From Camelus dromedarius (taxonomy: Eukaryota), in assembly GCF_036321535.1 (NCBI RefSeq), contig NC_087436.1:32056001-32120000 (forward strand): a DNA stretch of 64,000 nt, written 5' to 3'. The notes beneath the pieces are model-generated. The model saw nothing but the letters and a program-made list of their open reading frames with translations, did no database searches and had not been told where the DNA came from. The translations under genes and the position numbers were made by a program. Below, piece after piece: positions 12,707 through 26,022 of this stretch; positions within the stretch are counted from its first letter, which is position 1, and each line of letters opens with the position of its first letter.

Positions 12707-13884
12707 GGGACCTACCACACCATGGCCATTTTAAAGTATACAATATATAGAAGCCATTTTTATTTTATAGTGGGGTTGTAAAATTTAGTGGCCTTGTAAG
12801 ACTAGTTCTTAAAGCTAGCAAAGACAATCATAGAGTTGCCCTTACTAAGGAGAAGAGCTAACTCATCAGTAGAAAGGAATGTCTGGGATCCATTCTGCTG
12901 GTAATCCCCTCAGCAAATCCTAGGAGCTAGTCCTGTATAGCACCAGCATCAAAGAGTAGCAGTGCAGGAATGTCTTCAATTACACAACTGGTGGAAAAAG
13001 ATGCAGTTAAACTCATCACTGCTGAGCAGGGGTTGAAATGGCAGTGGTCTCCTAGAACCACTTCCATAAAACATTGGGAAACATGGCTGTTTAGCATGAA
13101 CCCCGGCCTTGCAGAAATTAAATGATTCCCTCAGCAGTCTTATTTTGAACTGTTCTCATTGCCTGCTGAAGACAGTTGGCTCTTAATCCATTTTATAGAA
13201 GCACTTGCTGTTCCTTGGATAAAAGGAAGTACATAAATTTCAAGTGCCATATTACCATACATGCATGGTTCTGTTTGGGCACAAGCACGTAGTTCTTGTC
13301 ATAAATTCTGACTCAGAATGGGAACTCAGGATTTACCATCTCACTCTTTATAGTTACAGGATCGACTAAACTGATTACAAGAAGAAATATGTAAGCTTTG
13401 AAACTGTTCACACCAGTGATGTGGTTCAGTAGCTTGTAAAAGTGGCAAATAACAGCAAGCCAAAAGAAGGAAATTTCAAGAAAGGCAAGGCTCTTAAAAA
13501 CACAGTGTTGGTTGTGTTCAGAACCCAGAAGCAGTTGATTCTCTTTGGAGCCTGGAATATTCTCCACTGCCTATTGTTGGACTGTGGTCCTGGGAAACTT
13601 GGGTTTATTGCCCAGAAGCCCTCCCTCCATCTTACCAGAGTTTCTAGGACCCCTCCCAGAAGAGTGGCACCCCCAGTTAAGGGAGGAGCAGTCACTCTGG
13701 GGAATGGAATTTTCTCAAATCCTCTAAACTTTTAGCTATAAATTGTGCATATGGGGGCAGTACAGATTGGTTTAGTTGTTTTAGCCTGTCAAGAGGGATC
13801 TGCAGCCCCACCATAGACTTCTTTTTGCCCTTGTCCAGGAGTCTAGGCAGGATACTGCAGCCACCAAAATGAAAGGAAGTGTAG

Positions 13885-14085
13885 GTAGAGCACAAGGGTG
13901 TGAACCTCAGCCTCATTGTGTACTAGCTGTGAGGTCTTGAACAAATTATCTAAATCCTTTAAGACTCAACTTCCTCATATGAAAAATAGAAGTGATATTA
14001 CCTCCCTATAAGGTGAAGGCTTTATAAACCATAGAAAGTGCTTAGCATTGTGCCTGTCACACAGTAAATACAATGTAAATGTTAA
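13885..14085 (+). mobile_element. MIR SINE
   Basis: tactagctgtgaggtcttgaacaaattatctaaa...ctcaacttcctcatatgaaaaatag...aaagtgcttagcattgtgcctg. Confidence 0.8.
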
Positions 14086-14194
14086 CGTTTATAGTATTAC
14101 TGTTTTTTATGTTATTAGTCCTATTTTCATGTATTAAACCATTAGCTCTTTGAGGACAAAGAATGTTGGTATTTTGGGCATAGATTTTTACATA

Positions 14195-14527
14195 CAGTTG
14201 GCCCTTGGTATACCAATCCTCCATGGATACCAAAATCCGCAGATGCTCAAGTACCTTATATGAAATGGCACTGTTTTTTACACACAACCTATGTACATCC
14301 TCCTGTATACTTTCTCTAGACTACTTATAGTACCTAATACAATGTAAATGCTTGGTAAATAGTTCTAAGTACAATATAAATGCTATGTAAATAGCTGCCA
14401 GTGTGCAGCAAATTTAAGGTTTGCTTTTTGAAATATTCTAGATTTTTTTTTTCAAATATTTTCAAGCTGCAGTTGGTTGAATCTATGGATGCAGAACTCT
14501 CAAATACTGACGGCCGACGGCCGACTG
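14195..14527. mobile_element. MER2-like Tigger (Tc1/mariner) MITE
   Basis: TA then cagttggccc ... ggccgactg inverted ends. Internal ccatggataccaaaatccgcagatgctcaagt and ttggttgaatctatggatgcagaac. Confidence 0.85.
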
Positions 14528-14589
14528 TGGCTGGAAATTTTTGAGAAATTTTCAGTGAGTCTACCGAGGCTGAAAAATCCCTGTTGAGC

Positions 14590-15062
14590 AGTCCTGAGCA
14601 TATCCTCTTTTCTATTCAATCCACATTCCCTCCCTTGGTGATTTCATCCCCTACTGACTTTAAATACTATTTGCTTGATGCCAATTCCCAAGTTTCTATC
14701 TCCAGCCTAAATGTTTTCTTGAACTCTAGATTCTGGTATCTAACTGCCTTCTTGACACCTTCATTAGGATGTCTTGCAAGTAATTCAAACTCAACATATC
14801 CAAAGCAGAACTCCGGATCTTCTCCCCAAAAACCCTGCCCAGTCCATAGTTTGTATATCAGTTGGCAGTAATCTCGTTAATTCAGGTGCTCAAGCCAAAA
14901 CTGTTGAAGTCATTCTTGTACTGTTTTTCTTTCACAACCTATGTCCAATCCATCAGGATGTCCTACTGTTTCTACCTTCAGATTATATCTAGAATCTGAC
15001 CATTTCCCACCAATGCCACTGTTACCTCCCAGGTCTAAGTCATCATCATCTCTCACCTCCAA
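14590..15062 (+). mobile_element. L2a LINE, left part of an interrupted element
   Basis: gactttaaatactat...gatgccaattcccaagtttctatctccagcc...aaactcaacatatccaaagcagaactc. Confidence 0.85.
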
Positions 15063-15426
15063 TAGAAATTAAACTATTTTGAAATAATTTTAACTATATA
15101 TTCTGAACTTTTTAAAGAGTAAGTCCTATCACCCCACAGTAAGTATCTTCCAAAACCAAGAACACTCTCCAATATAACCAGCAAACCACTCTTCAAAATA
15201 GGAAATTGACATTGACTAAAACACTACTATCCAGTCTCATTCACATTTTATTAATTACTTCAAGAATGCTCTTTTTCCTCTGTAGTCCAGGATCTTCTCA
15301 AGAGCACATATGTTTAGCGATTATGACTCTTTAGATCCTCTGATCTGGAATAATTCTTCAGTCTTTCCTCATTTTTCATGTACTAGACACTCTGTAGGAT
15401 ATGTTAACATTTTGGAGGATGACCTC

Positions 15427-15793
15427 TGTCTCAGTCCATTTGGGCTGCTGTAACAAAAAACCACCAACTGGGTAGATTAAAAACAACAAACATTTATTTC
15501 TCACAGTTCTGAAGGCTGGGAAGTCCAAGGTTAAGGCACCAGCATTGTCATGTTTTAGTGAGGGCCCAATTCATGATTCACAGTCCATACGATCTTGCAG
15601 TATCCTTATATGGTAGAAGGGGGCTAAGAAATCTCTCTGGAGCCTCGCTTACAAGGCACTAATCCCATTCATGAGGGTTTCACCCTTATGACATAAGAAC
15701 CTCCCAAAGGTCTCACCTTCTAACACTATCACATTGGGCATTGGGATTTCAGCATGTGAATTTTGGAGGAATGCAAACATTCAGACCATAGCA
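15427..15793 (-). mobile_element. MaLR solo LTR (MLT1A-like)
   Basis: tgtctcagtccatttgggctgctgtaacaaaa...aaacattcagaccatagca. Perfect 5-bp TSD ACCTC at 15422-15426 and 15794-15798. Confidence 0.93.
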
Positions 15794-16225
15794 ACCTCCA
15801 ACATGGAATGTCTGATGTTTCCTCATGATCAGGCTCAGGACATTAATTCTCGGCAAGAATTTCACAGAAACAATGCCATGCTTTTCTCAGTGTATCATGT
15901 TAAAAGATACAAAACATCGATCCATAGAATATTGGTGATGTTAACCTTGGTTACTTGATCATGTTGATATCTGCCAGGTTTCTCTGCTTAAATTCACCAT
16001 TTTTTCCTTGTAATTGATTAATATTTTATGGAGAGCTATTCCTGGATTATTTCAAAATACTCTGTCCCTCATGGAATCTTCACCCATCAGCCTTAGCTGA
16101 TTGTCCATTTCAGCTGAATTCAATCATATCTGTGAAGCTTGCCAAATGGCAATTGTCTATTTACATTATTCATTCTACATTTATTAGTTGATATTCTACA
16201 GGAAAGACAAGCTCTTCCTTTTCAT

Positions 16226-16272
16226 TTATCTATCTGTCTATCTATCTATCTATCTATCCATCCATCAATCTA
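16226..16272 (+). repeat. (TCTA)n microsatellite
   Basis: tatctatctgtctatctatctatctatctatccatccatc. Confidence 0.9.
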
Positions 16273-17039
16273 TGGATTCACGGATTTCCAATTTATTCAA
16301 TGAGTTTTAATCCATTATTTTATTTTTTAAATGCTGAGATTGTCCCTGATATGGTCAGTGAGAACCCCTGTGTGTTTGTGAATTGTCCCTATAATCAACT
16401 GAATGTTTCTATTTTCTAACACAAGAAGATGTTTCAGGGTATGCCCCCACCCTAGAATTAGCCACTGGCCATTTATCCAAGGACCCTGTCTTCTTTTAGT
16501 ACAGGATGGTATTTAGAAACCAATATCTGGGTGCTTGTTATACCCATTGTTTTTCAGATGCCGCTGCTTCCAAGCCCTCTCAGTTGACAGAGCTAGGAGA
16601 TATGTATATGTATATTCGTGGACACATACACTGATATATCTATATTGAGAGAGAGACTGAGAGAGACCAACACTTTAGAGTTCCTTCTAGCCCTTCCCCT
16701 TTCTGTGCTCATTAATTCCTTCTCCAGCAGTGAGAAATTTGGCTTCCATTATCCTCATTATATACACTTACAGGCACAATTAATTTACTAATTTGCTCAA
16801 TATAATCAACCCACTCCCACCATGCTAGCCACCTCTTCTGCCTACCACCTCCACACCACCCCATCTCTGCAATACTCTCAACTGCTGGCCCACAAGCCTA
16901 TAGCCCCCTCCCCGCCAACCCCAGCCCTTGCCTCTGCATGGCTCTCCAAGCCCCCTCACAGCCCCGTGTTTTCAGCTGTCATGCTGTCTCCTCCCTGTAG
17001 AAGGAAAAAGGATGGAGAGAAGGTTGCAATAGCACCCTC

Positions 17040-17742
17040 AACCCCTACAGTTTATCCTCATTCAAGAGCCAAAGTGATTCTGATAAAATGTAAGTTTAAT
17101 CATGTCCATTTCTGTGCACAACACCCTTCGTGGCTCTCCATTTCACTCAGAGTAAAAACTAAAGCTCTGACAAATGGCCTAGAAGATCCAGCACGATCTG
17201 GGACTTGTTACTTCTTTGACTTCACCTCCTACCATTTTCCTTCTCACTCACTTCACTTTAGCAACAGTGTGCTGGCTGTTTCTCAAACATGCCTGACGTG
17301 CTCTCACCTTACAGACTTTGTACTTGCTCTCCTTTCGATCTAGAATAATTCTCCCCATATGCCTGCATGGCTAACTGCCTTAGCTCCTTCAAGTCTTTGC
17401 TCAAATGTTACCTATGAGAATGAGTATGAGTAGGAAATGAGGCCCACCCTAACTATCCTTTAAAAAAGCAATCCTTCCAAGCACATTTGATCCTCTTTGT
17501 CCTTTATTTTCCAACTCTATATTTTTCATTGCATTTAACATCTTTCAACATACTGTTTAATTTACTTAAGCATTATGTTAATCATTTATTATCTGTCCCC
17601 CTCTTTCTGACCATCTGCACTGTTTCATGAGACACTTTGGGGTAGGGATTCTATTCTTCATTGATGTACCTCAAGCACCTAGAAGAGTATCTGGCACATA
17701 GAAGAAAATCAATAGATAATTGTTGAATAAATGAATTAATTA
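17040..17742 (+). mobile_element. L2a LINE, right part with 3' end
   Basis: ggctctccatttcactcagagtaaaa...ctccttcaagtctttgctcaaatgttacc...ctggcacatag...ttgttgaataaatgaat. Confidence 0.88.
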
Positions 17743-18249
17743 ATATAAGCATTATTTTCTCCATCTTACTTATGAGGAAATTGCATCTCAGAAAAGCCAG
17801 AAAAATTGCTCTAAGAATCACAAAGGTAAAGATAAATTGCCCAAGATCACATAGTATTAAGTCACTCCTGAAATTCTATCTGCAAATTGTTTAATTTCTA
17901 AATCATTTGGCATTTTAATAAATACTGATGAATTTAATTGACTGTCTCAGAATGGGCACTTCTAAGGTGCCTAACTTAGAACCAAGAAACATTTTAAGAA
18001 CTATGACAAAATGGCTTACTGTGTATTAGATATTTTATTTCCTCAAAAAGAAAATTTTGTCACATGTTAATGAGCAGAATCAGAAAGAGGTTCTTGAGAC
18101 TATCTCAGAGTCACTAAGATTCTCAACATGATTTATTTTATACTTTCTAATTCTACTTCCCTTAATGGGTCAGGCCAGAATTCCATTAGTGAAGAACTTC
18201 CCTGAGGACAGATGACTGTCCATCTTCCCTCATAAAGAAAATCCCAGAA

Positions 18250-18362
18250 TAAATGAGTTTTATATACAAAGATGTTCATGATGACATTGTTTATTATAGG
18301 AAAATAGTAAAAACAACCAAATCTCTACCATATGGGAATGGTTAAATAAACTGTGGTACATG
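18250..18362 (+). mobile_element. L1M fragment
   Basis: aaagatgttcatgatgacattgtttattataggaaaa...gggaatggttaaataaactgtggtacat. Confidence 0.75.
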
Positions 18363-18444
18363 CTTTTGTCAAGAACTGAGTTTGTACTTGTGATCTGCCA
18401 ATCAAACTCAATGACAGATTTATCCAGATTAAGCTATAAGGACA

Positions 18445-18592
18445 AATAACATTTATTGAGTACTTACTACATGCCAGGCAATGTTTCAAATAATTTCTAT
18501 GTGGTATCTTTTTTAACCCTCATAAGAACCCTATGAGACGGGTACTATTAATAACACTATTTTATAGGTGAGGAATCTGGGGCTCACAGGCT
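18445..18592 (-). mobile_element. MIR SINE
   Basis: aacatttattgagtacttactacatgccaggca...ccctatgag...attttataggtgaggaatctggggctca. Confidence 0.85.
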
Positions 18593-18689
18593 GAGAGTCA
18601 AGGCACAGACCACTGACAGAAAAGGCCTTTCCATCATGCTAGAAAGGTAGAGACAGACACACCTGGGCTCTTGCTCTGCTTCCTCCTCT

Positions 18690-19405
18690 TTATTCGTCTG
18701 AGTCTAATCAGGAGAAAGAAGACATGTACTGATTTGAACAGGATTGTTTAATATAAAGAACTATTAACTATTTCAGGAAATTGAAGTAAAAAAACCTGGC
18801 CACTAAGAAGTAAAGGGAACTGTAAAGGATATGGTAACAAGGAGCAGCCACTACTCCAGAGGCTCAGATACAGTGCCCAAGGAATGACCCCAGCCTCTCC
18901 CCAAACAGCTGAAATCCATACTTCACTGGAGAGGGCAGAGACAAGACTCAGTGAATGACAGAGATCACTGGTGCCATGCTGACCAAACATGCTGGAGATC
19001 TGTTTTTTCAAACTTGCTGGAAATCCTTCTAGGGTATTGGGAAAGCTGTTCACAGGGAGATGTGTCATTAGAGACATCTACAAAACCACCCAACAAGAAA
19101 TGAAAGGGTAAGTTGCTGGCTTCTGAGTATTGCTGGCTACCACGTATGGTAGGTGCTGGTTGGAGCCAGTTTCTGGAGAAGCTACATGTACTTCAGGAAC
19201 CTATCTAGGGAGCAAGCCAGATTAGGGAGCAAGCCAGATTAGGAAGCAAAATTCTTTCCTCCTGCAATATCTCTTAAGCACTGTCCACTGACAAAGCTTA
19301 ACATGGCACTAGGAGAAATATTTTAAAAGCCCATACCTATTTTCTCAAAGCAGGCACTGAAGAGTGAATTCATAACTCTGAGGCAATAAATTAATAACTG
19401 ACATA
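18690..19405. mobile_element. Probable old LTR, unclassified
   Basis: gagtctaatcaggag...tttaatataaagaactattaac start and ...ttaataactgaca end resemble an old ERV LTR. Family not recognised. Confidence 0.4.
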
Positions 19406-20839
19406 TCCTCCAAGGCAGGAACATCACTTATTCTTGCTCAGTTTGTTTCCAGGAAAGTTCAGTGTTGTAATAATTATCTTCAACAAAAGTGTATAGTTTG
19501 TTGGTGTAAATTCATCCATGGATACAAAAGGGTGGTAAAAAGGTTGTGGAGCCTTCCAGATCCAGACACCTACTATGGAGAGTATCAGCTGAAGCCACGT
19601 GCCTCATCCAGATCAGTGCAGAGCAAAAGGAAATATGCTGAGATTCACTACATCCACTCTCAACCCTCTGAGGATAACTTTCTGTCCATGTAAGATTTTA
19701 TATAGCCCTGCCTTACTAATTGGGGAATAATCAAAGCTGACTCTATGTGTATGCTGTAGCCTCCTCCACCAAGTTGCATCCTTCCTGAAATGCTACCACA
19801 CTCCATGGAATGTTATGCAACCACCAAAAATGTTATTCAAAAGAGTTCATGGAAAAATGCTTATAATTTAAGTGAAAAAAAGAGGGTGCAATATTGAAGT
19901 TTCAAACTGAGCCATGGGGATCTAGAATTTGACAAACAGAGTTCTCTATAGAGTATCTGAACCAGTTCCCTATAGCTTACCCAAGCTAAGATGACTGAAA
20001 CCCTATAGCAGTTTGGCCAACTGACATGAGATAGATTGTCTACCCTGGATAAGACAGAAAAAGGCAGTTTATTTACAAAACAAAATGAACTCCACTTTCT
20101 GAAACTTGAGTTATTGAGAGTTATACATATATCTGAGTAAGATATAAGAGGAAACCCAACATAAAGAATTAACAAGCCAAAGACTGAAATTCAGCCAAAT
20201 CTAAGCAAAACCAGCAAGATTTGAAATGTTAGCAACTTCCTTGTTTAAGAACTAGACAAGCCAATCTCCTTACAGTTCTAACAGCAATTTGGAGGAATCC
20301 CCTAAACACTGAACTCTCAATTCAGGCCTCTATTTCATGAAAATTTTTATTTAAATGTCCCAATACAAAGCAGTAATTTTCCCCAAATCATGGCTGCTGC
20401 TAAATATTAAGGGTTCTGCAATTCTAAACTCTAGGACACCTTCACAATTTCCCTGCAAAAACCTGGGCAGCTACACCTCTCTTCCAATGCCATAGTAACT
20501 TTTAAGAAGAAGAAGAAAAACTGGGTAAGATGTAAGAAATTCAAATAGCAAATAGTAAGGATTATAAAATGATCGAAATAGCGTTGGACTGTTCATTATC
20601 TGTGGATGCTTCTGCCTAGCCTATCACTGGGAATGGATGATCTGAATGAACCATGTGAATGAAACCTGGTGGGAGGCAGAGGATGACTTCATGACATCTG
20701 AAGATCCCTTCCAGTTCTGGGACTCCAGTATTTGGCGGAGATATGGTACACAAGGAATATGTTAGAAAGAAGCATTCAGCCTACAACCAAATGAAAAGAG
20801 TAAGAAAAGTTGAGGCTATGCAGGAAGAGGAATACTAAC

Positions 20840-20946
20840 TACGGTGATCACAGTTTTGCCAAGGAATGTCCCGGTTTTAGCACGGGAAGTTCCACACCCC
20901 TGGAAACCCCGCAATCATGGGCAAACCAGAATGGCTGGTCACCCTA
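20840..20946. mobile_element. MER81-like hAT MITE
   Basis: Inverted ends tacggtgatca / tggtcacccta. Internal tcccggttttagcac, ggaaacccc, gggcaaacc. Confidence 0.85.
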
Positions 20947-21974
20947 CTACTTGGATCTGACAAAGACTTGCTTCTTTGAGTTTCCATGCAAATTAAAAGC
21001 TCTGATTAACTAAGCCTTGTGGACCCCTTGCCAGGAAGATAACTAATTATCTCACTTTCGACTAATGACACTGATTTCTGCCTCTTCCACCCAGCTCCGT
21101 TTAAGCATATTCTCTTTCTCTCACCCACAAAAGGGCTGGACTCCACAAGTCCTTCCGATTAGAGATCAGGAGCGCTGTGTGTGGTTAAATCCTGGGTCCT
21201 GCTGGAAATGTCTGGAGAAAAAGCTTATTCCTCCCTTTACTAACTATAAAACGACAAGCCCTCCAGGAGAAAGAGACCTCCCCTTTTGTGAGGTCTCTGA
21301 TTATATAAGAAATGTATTGCTGAAATCCTGATTAACTCAGAGGCCCACATGGTTCGGGTTTTGATTAGCATTCCCTTCAGGAAGCACAGTTCAACAACCG
21401 AAATTATTTACTTTTATTTACTAGCTTCTTTTTAGAAGGCAATAAAGAGTATCCACATACATTATTTACACAATACTTTCCTCTCTTCCCTGATTTCTCT
21501 CATCTACTTCCTTCAGATGTTTAACTCTCTCCACCAACCTCTGTAATCCCCAGAAAACCTCCTCCTCCATTCCCAGCCTGTGTGGTTTTCTTTCCTTTTT
21601 CTCCTCCCTCTACTCCTAGCATATTAGCCTATCTCCCATAAGACAGAGCTTTTTCATAAAACGGTGGGAAGAGGAGAGAAATTGGCCTGGTAATTACAGG
21701 ATTCTCTTTGGCAGCCTAGGAAAGACAGGAAGTTTGAGAACGTTCCCATGTTAATTATTTTGGTTCCATGGCACTCCTAATGTTGGTATGTGTCTGAGAC
21801 AGATACCACAGCATGCTGGTCCTGAAAAGGACTACAGAATTCACATGCCCAACCCCCTAATTTTAACAAATGAGAAAACTAACAGAGATTTTAATTTGTC
21901 CAAGGTCCTCAAAAGTCATTTCCATTGCTCTAAGGTATATGCACTTAAATCCTGTCACTTTTGGTTATCAAAAG

Positions 21975-22552
21975 GAATAACAGTGTCAATGCCCTCCAGC
22001 CAGAGACCACTAGAAACACACCTGTAGTTGAATATGCTGGGATTATAGCATTCTGCAGCAAGGGAAAGCACACTCATTGAGGAATCACAGGGTGTCTCAT
22101 AAGAACGTGTTAAAAGGACTTATAGAATTTGGGTTCTGTTGGATGATTTGCCGAAGGTTTAAAGAAGCAGGCTTTGCTCTGGATTGGATGCTATCAGGTA
22201 GTGGGAGTACTTCTATGACTAAGTATCTTAATAAATCTTATCTAGAAAGAGGGAAGACTAGAGCCAGGCTAAAGCTGTAATTGGTAAAGAATCCACAGTC
22301 ATAATAGGCTGAATAAAGAAATGTTTGGTCAGGTTCGTGGATCGCACAGTGTCCATATTTTGTCTGGGTTCAAACATGGTTACATAGTGGCCTTGTTTTG
22401 GGGTTTTTCTTCCCCTTAATCCTCCATGGTCACAGAGTGGCCTTGTCCGATGTTCTTGTTTTGTGAGACTGTTTATGTTCAACAGGAGAGCACCAAGACC
22501 CCTCCGTGTCTGTCCAGCTCCTGGATTTTGGGGACTGCTTTTCTCTTTTCAT
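21975..22552 (-). mobile_element. ERV-type solo LTR (old)
   Basis: gcagcaagggaaagcacac...ctttgctctggattggatgct...tatcttaataaatcttatct...ctgcttttctcttttca. Subfamily not assigned. Confidence 0.65.
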
Positions 22553-22775
22553 AATAATAAAGCTACCTTCCAATAAGTGCTTTTAATGTACCAAGGAATT
22601 TTTCATCTTCATCACCAATCCAGGAGGTAGATACTATTATAATTCTAATTTTAAGATGAAGAAACAAAAGCTTGGTGAGGTTGTTCATTTTCCTATGTCC
22701 CAGAGCTAGTTAATGGCAGGACTGGGCCCCAAAACTAGTCAGTCTTTCTCCAAGGCCTATACTCAGATCTGCTCT
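22553..22775 (-). mobile_element. MIR SINE
   Basis: ataataataaagctacc...gaggtagatactattat...ttttaagatgaagaaac...gagctagttaatggcag. Confidence 0.8.
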
Positions 22776-25107
22776 GTGGCACTGCCTATTGTAAACCGGA
22801 ATATTCGGAGGGCAGAGAGGGCAAGGAGCAGTTAATCTGTGGAGATGTGGGATGTTGTTGCAGTAAATACAATGCGGGGAATAAAGTGTCAGGAATTGCA
22901 GGCTGCGCTGAATGATTGGGCCATGAGACACTCAGGATGGAAAAAGAGAAAACATGGAAAAAACCAGCTGTGACACTTTGACCATAAAACCTTCTTTGGG
23001 AATAGTTTAATAAAAGGAAAGCTGACTTATTTTTCCATAACTGAAGAATGACTTTTACGACTTAGAATATTATTTTAAACTTTACTCTCTGTTTTCAGAA
23101 TGAATGTAAATCGACTGACAGAAGAAGGGAAAAATCAGCAGCAACTACTCTGGCATAGTCAATGAGAGTATCTCAGTGTAGTCAAATGGTAAAGCAAAAT
23201 TGTTCAGAGCTTTGTGATGGAAGCTGCAGGCACCTGGCAGTACCAACGACTTAATCAAAATGATTATGGGAGAAATATGGTTATTAATAGCCTTATAAAT
23301 GCATTCATTTTTCAGAATCAACTTACAGAGTGAAATGACAGAATGAAACTCAAATTAACAGATAAAGACCCCCATTCCACTGTTCCCACACACACTCTCA
23401 GCTCCTCCTGACTTCAGTGGGTGTTCTAAGCACAGAGAAAGGACAGAAGCAGGATATTGATCTATTTCTAGTATTCGAAAGACTTCTTCTCTCTGTAAAT
23501 TTCAAGGCAGCCAAGATCCTAACTTTACAGCAGCACTACATTCTGTGCTCACCTTAATAGATCCAAGTAAGAGCACTGAGATGCAGTATGCATTCCTTTC
23601 CCAAACTAGACAGAAACAGTTCTTCCAGGTGTGGGGTGGGAGGTGGCTTGATAAAAAGAAAGAAAAATAGGAATGGGAAAGCTGAAAATACGTCTTCGGC
23701 TATCGCAACCTTTTTACCCATCTGTTCTTATCACACATTCACTCCTCCACGTAGCCTTCAACAAACTGCCATGCCTCCACTGTGTGACAGGCACTGTGCT
23801 AGGCTCTAGGATTGAAAAACCAGTTAAGACTTGGTCTCTGCCCCCCAAAAATTCTTAGATTATGTCTTTGATTTTTCTTTGCATCATACCTTGCATAGTG
23901 CTTGACAGATGTTTCTTACTTACTGATGACAGTTACAATAATGATATTGGCAGTGATGACAATGAAGAGCACAGCTGATGAGTGGTAAATACGAAAAGAA
24001 TCTGTCCCAAAGAAACTTTTATTCATCCAAGAAGTATTTATTAAGCAATTACTTTTGTGGTTAAGACATTGCCCAGGGCTCTGTGAGAGGTGCAAAAAAG
24101 CTTTCCACTCCCAGGAAGGCCTGGTGACCTCATAAGCTCAGTCTGGAATGGGTAGAAATCCCCAGGTCAGCCTCCGGTCTCTAGGCCTCAAAGTGACCGG
24201 TGGTCAGTGAAGATTTAGCCTTGCTGCTTCAGTTTCCATCGCACCTCTAAGGTGGGCTGAAAATTGACCCAGGGAAGTTGTATATGGGACAAATAATAAC
24301 AAAGTTAAATACATCATTCTCTGGGCAACAATATCAGAGAAAGCACTACACACTGCACATTTTCAAGGCTGTGATTTCAAGACAAGGCTACTCTTGTGCC
24401 TATAGCAGGACAGCAGCACAGGGAAGCCATGTGAGCTCATGCCTGCAACTTATATTCTCCAGCACAAGGCCTTAAAAAAGATAATGTCTGTATGGGAAGT
24501 CACTTGACTATGCCATTAATTGAAGCATCAGTTTCATTTCAAAGTGTCAGTGAGCATTGTGTGGGCACAGAGCTGCAAGGTTAAGTGACTAGAGCATGGA
24601 TAATTTCCCAGATATTTTCTAGGAGTAAATAACAATCACTGGCTGTGGGATGGATTCTTTGAAGATGCACATAGCTGCCTCTGCCCCAGTTAGGAGGACC
24701 ATATCCTTGTCTGTCTCCCTGCCCCTGTCCCCTCCATTACCACCTGGCACATCCTTGCAAAGACATCTGCTTTTCTGGATTCCCAGATAGTCCAACTCAT
24801 GCAAACTTCCCAGCACCCTTAGCCAAGCCCAGATTCTACATTTGCTCCTCTTTTCTCCAGATGACCATTATATCTTCACATTTGCTATTGTGATCATTGT
24901 TGAACCACAAAGATGAGAACGGATGAGGATAAAAATATACTTCTCTGCCCAGCATACAGAAGGGATGGTCCTACCTTAAGTCAGGGCTTCTTAATCCCAA
25001 TAATTTTTTAAAAAGCAGATAAATCTCTGATGACTAGGATCAGAACCTCAAGGCTCTCCTTAGCAAGCTTCTTCTGTCAATCAAAAGCAGCCAACAGGGA
25101 AGGAAAT

Positions 25108-25335
25108 TAACATTTACTGAGTATTAACTGTTTGCCTGGCTCTATGTTAGGTGCCTAATATTATCTATTCATCTTCATATTAGTCTATCAAGTTTGGTAT
25201 TATATTCAATTATTTCTACAAAACACTCAGGAGCCTGAAAGAAGATAAAGAACTTGCCCAAGTTCACCCAACTGTTAAGTAAAAGAACTGAGCCTGGAGT
25301 CCAAGTCTGTCTGATGGTACAGCTTTCACTACATC
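25108..25335 (-). mobile_element. MIR SINE
   Basis: taacatttactgagt...gcctggctctatgttaggtgc...aacttgcccaagttcacccaact. Confidence 0.8.
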
Positions 25336-25976
25336 CCTTACCTGTTCATTCTAAAAATGTACAAAAGGGGGCTGTGGTGGTGAGAGATCTTCCCTAGGAT
25401 CATAGTCCATAAAGTCAACCAGTCATAGTTACCTCTCCTATAAACATGACACAGGAGTAAATGGATTCTAACCCCTTAGATTATCTAAATACATTTGTGA
25501 TTTTCATTAAAGCAAAATAGCAATTATGCACTTGAAATATTTATAAAATAAGTCAACTACATCTGAGGGAAAATGTAAAAGCATTGCAATTAAACAGATC
25601 TGCACACACTGCAGGGTGTTTTTCTAACAAAAGGAGTAAGGAATAATGCTGCTAATAAAAACAATGATGATCTTGTTTAAATGTTCTAATAACTCATTTA
25701 GCACTGTTCTGAGTGGAACTGTATATTAGTAATTTCAAATAAAGTCTTTGATGAAAGATTAAATATAACTTCTGCTCATTCTACTCTGCAAAGCTTGTGA
25801 TTCAAGTGGGCTAATTTGTTCCCTTTCTTCTAGTAAAATGTTTCAAGTGATCTATAAATGTTTTTCTCCTTCTATTCATATTGTAAGAGGAATCAAGTGA
25901 ATAATAATGAATAAGAATAAGGAGTTATACTGATGCATTGAAAAGTAATGGGTGCCCCCATCCCCCACCATCACCA

Positions 25977-26022
25977 ACACACACACGCACACGCACACGC
26001 ACGCACACACACACACACACAC
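25977..26022 (+). repeat. (CA)n/(CACG) microsatellite
   Basis: Directly visible. Confidence 0.95.

Larger units (their letters stand above)
15063..16810 (-). mobile_element. Old L1M (L1MC-like) fragment interrupting the L2
   Basis: tattttgaaataatttt start, ggtgatgttaaccttggttacttg, gccatttatccaaggaccctg, atttagaaaccaatatctgggtgct. Confidence 0.7.

Noticed and set aside
16822..17343. 173-aa ORF
   Set aside because: It runs from low-complexity C-rich sequence into L2 and has no recognisable domain.
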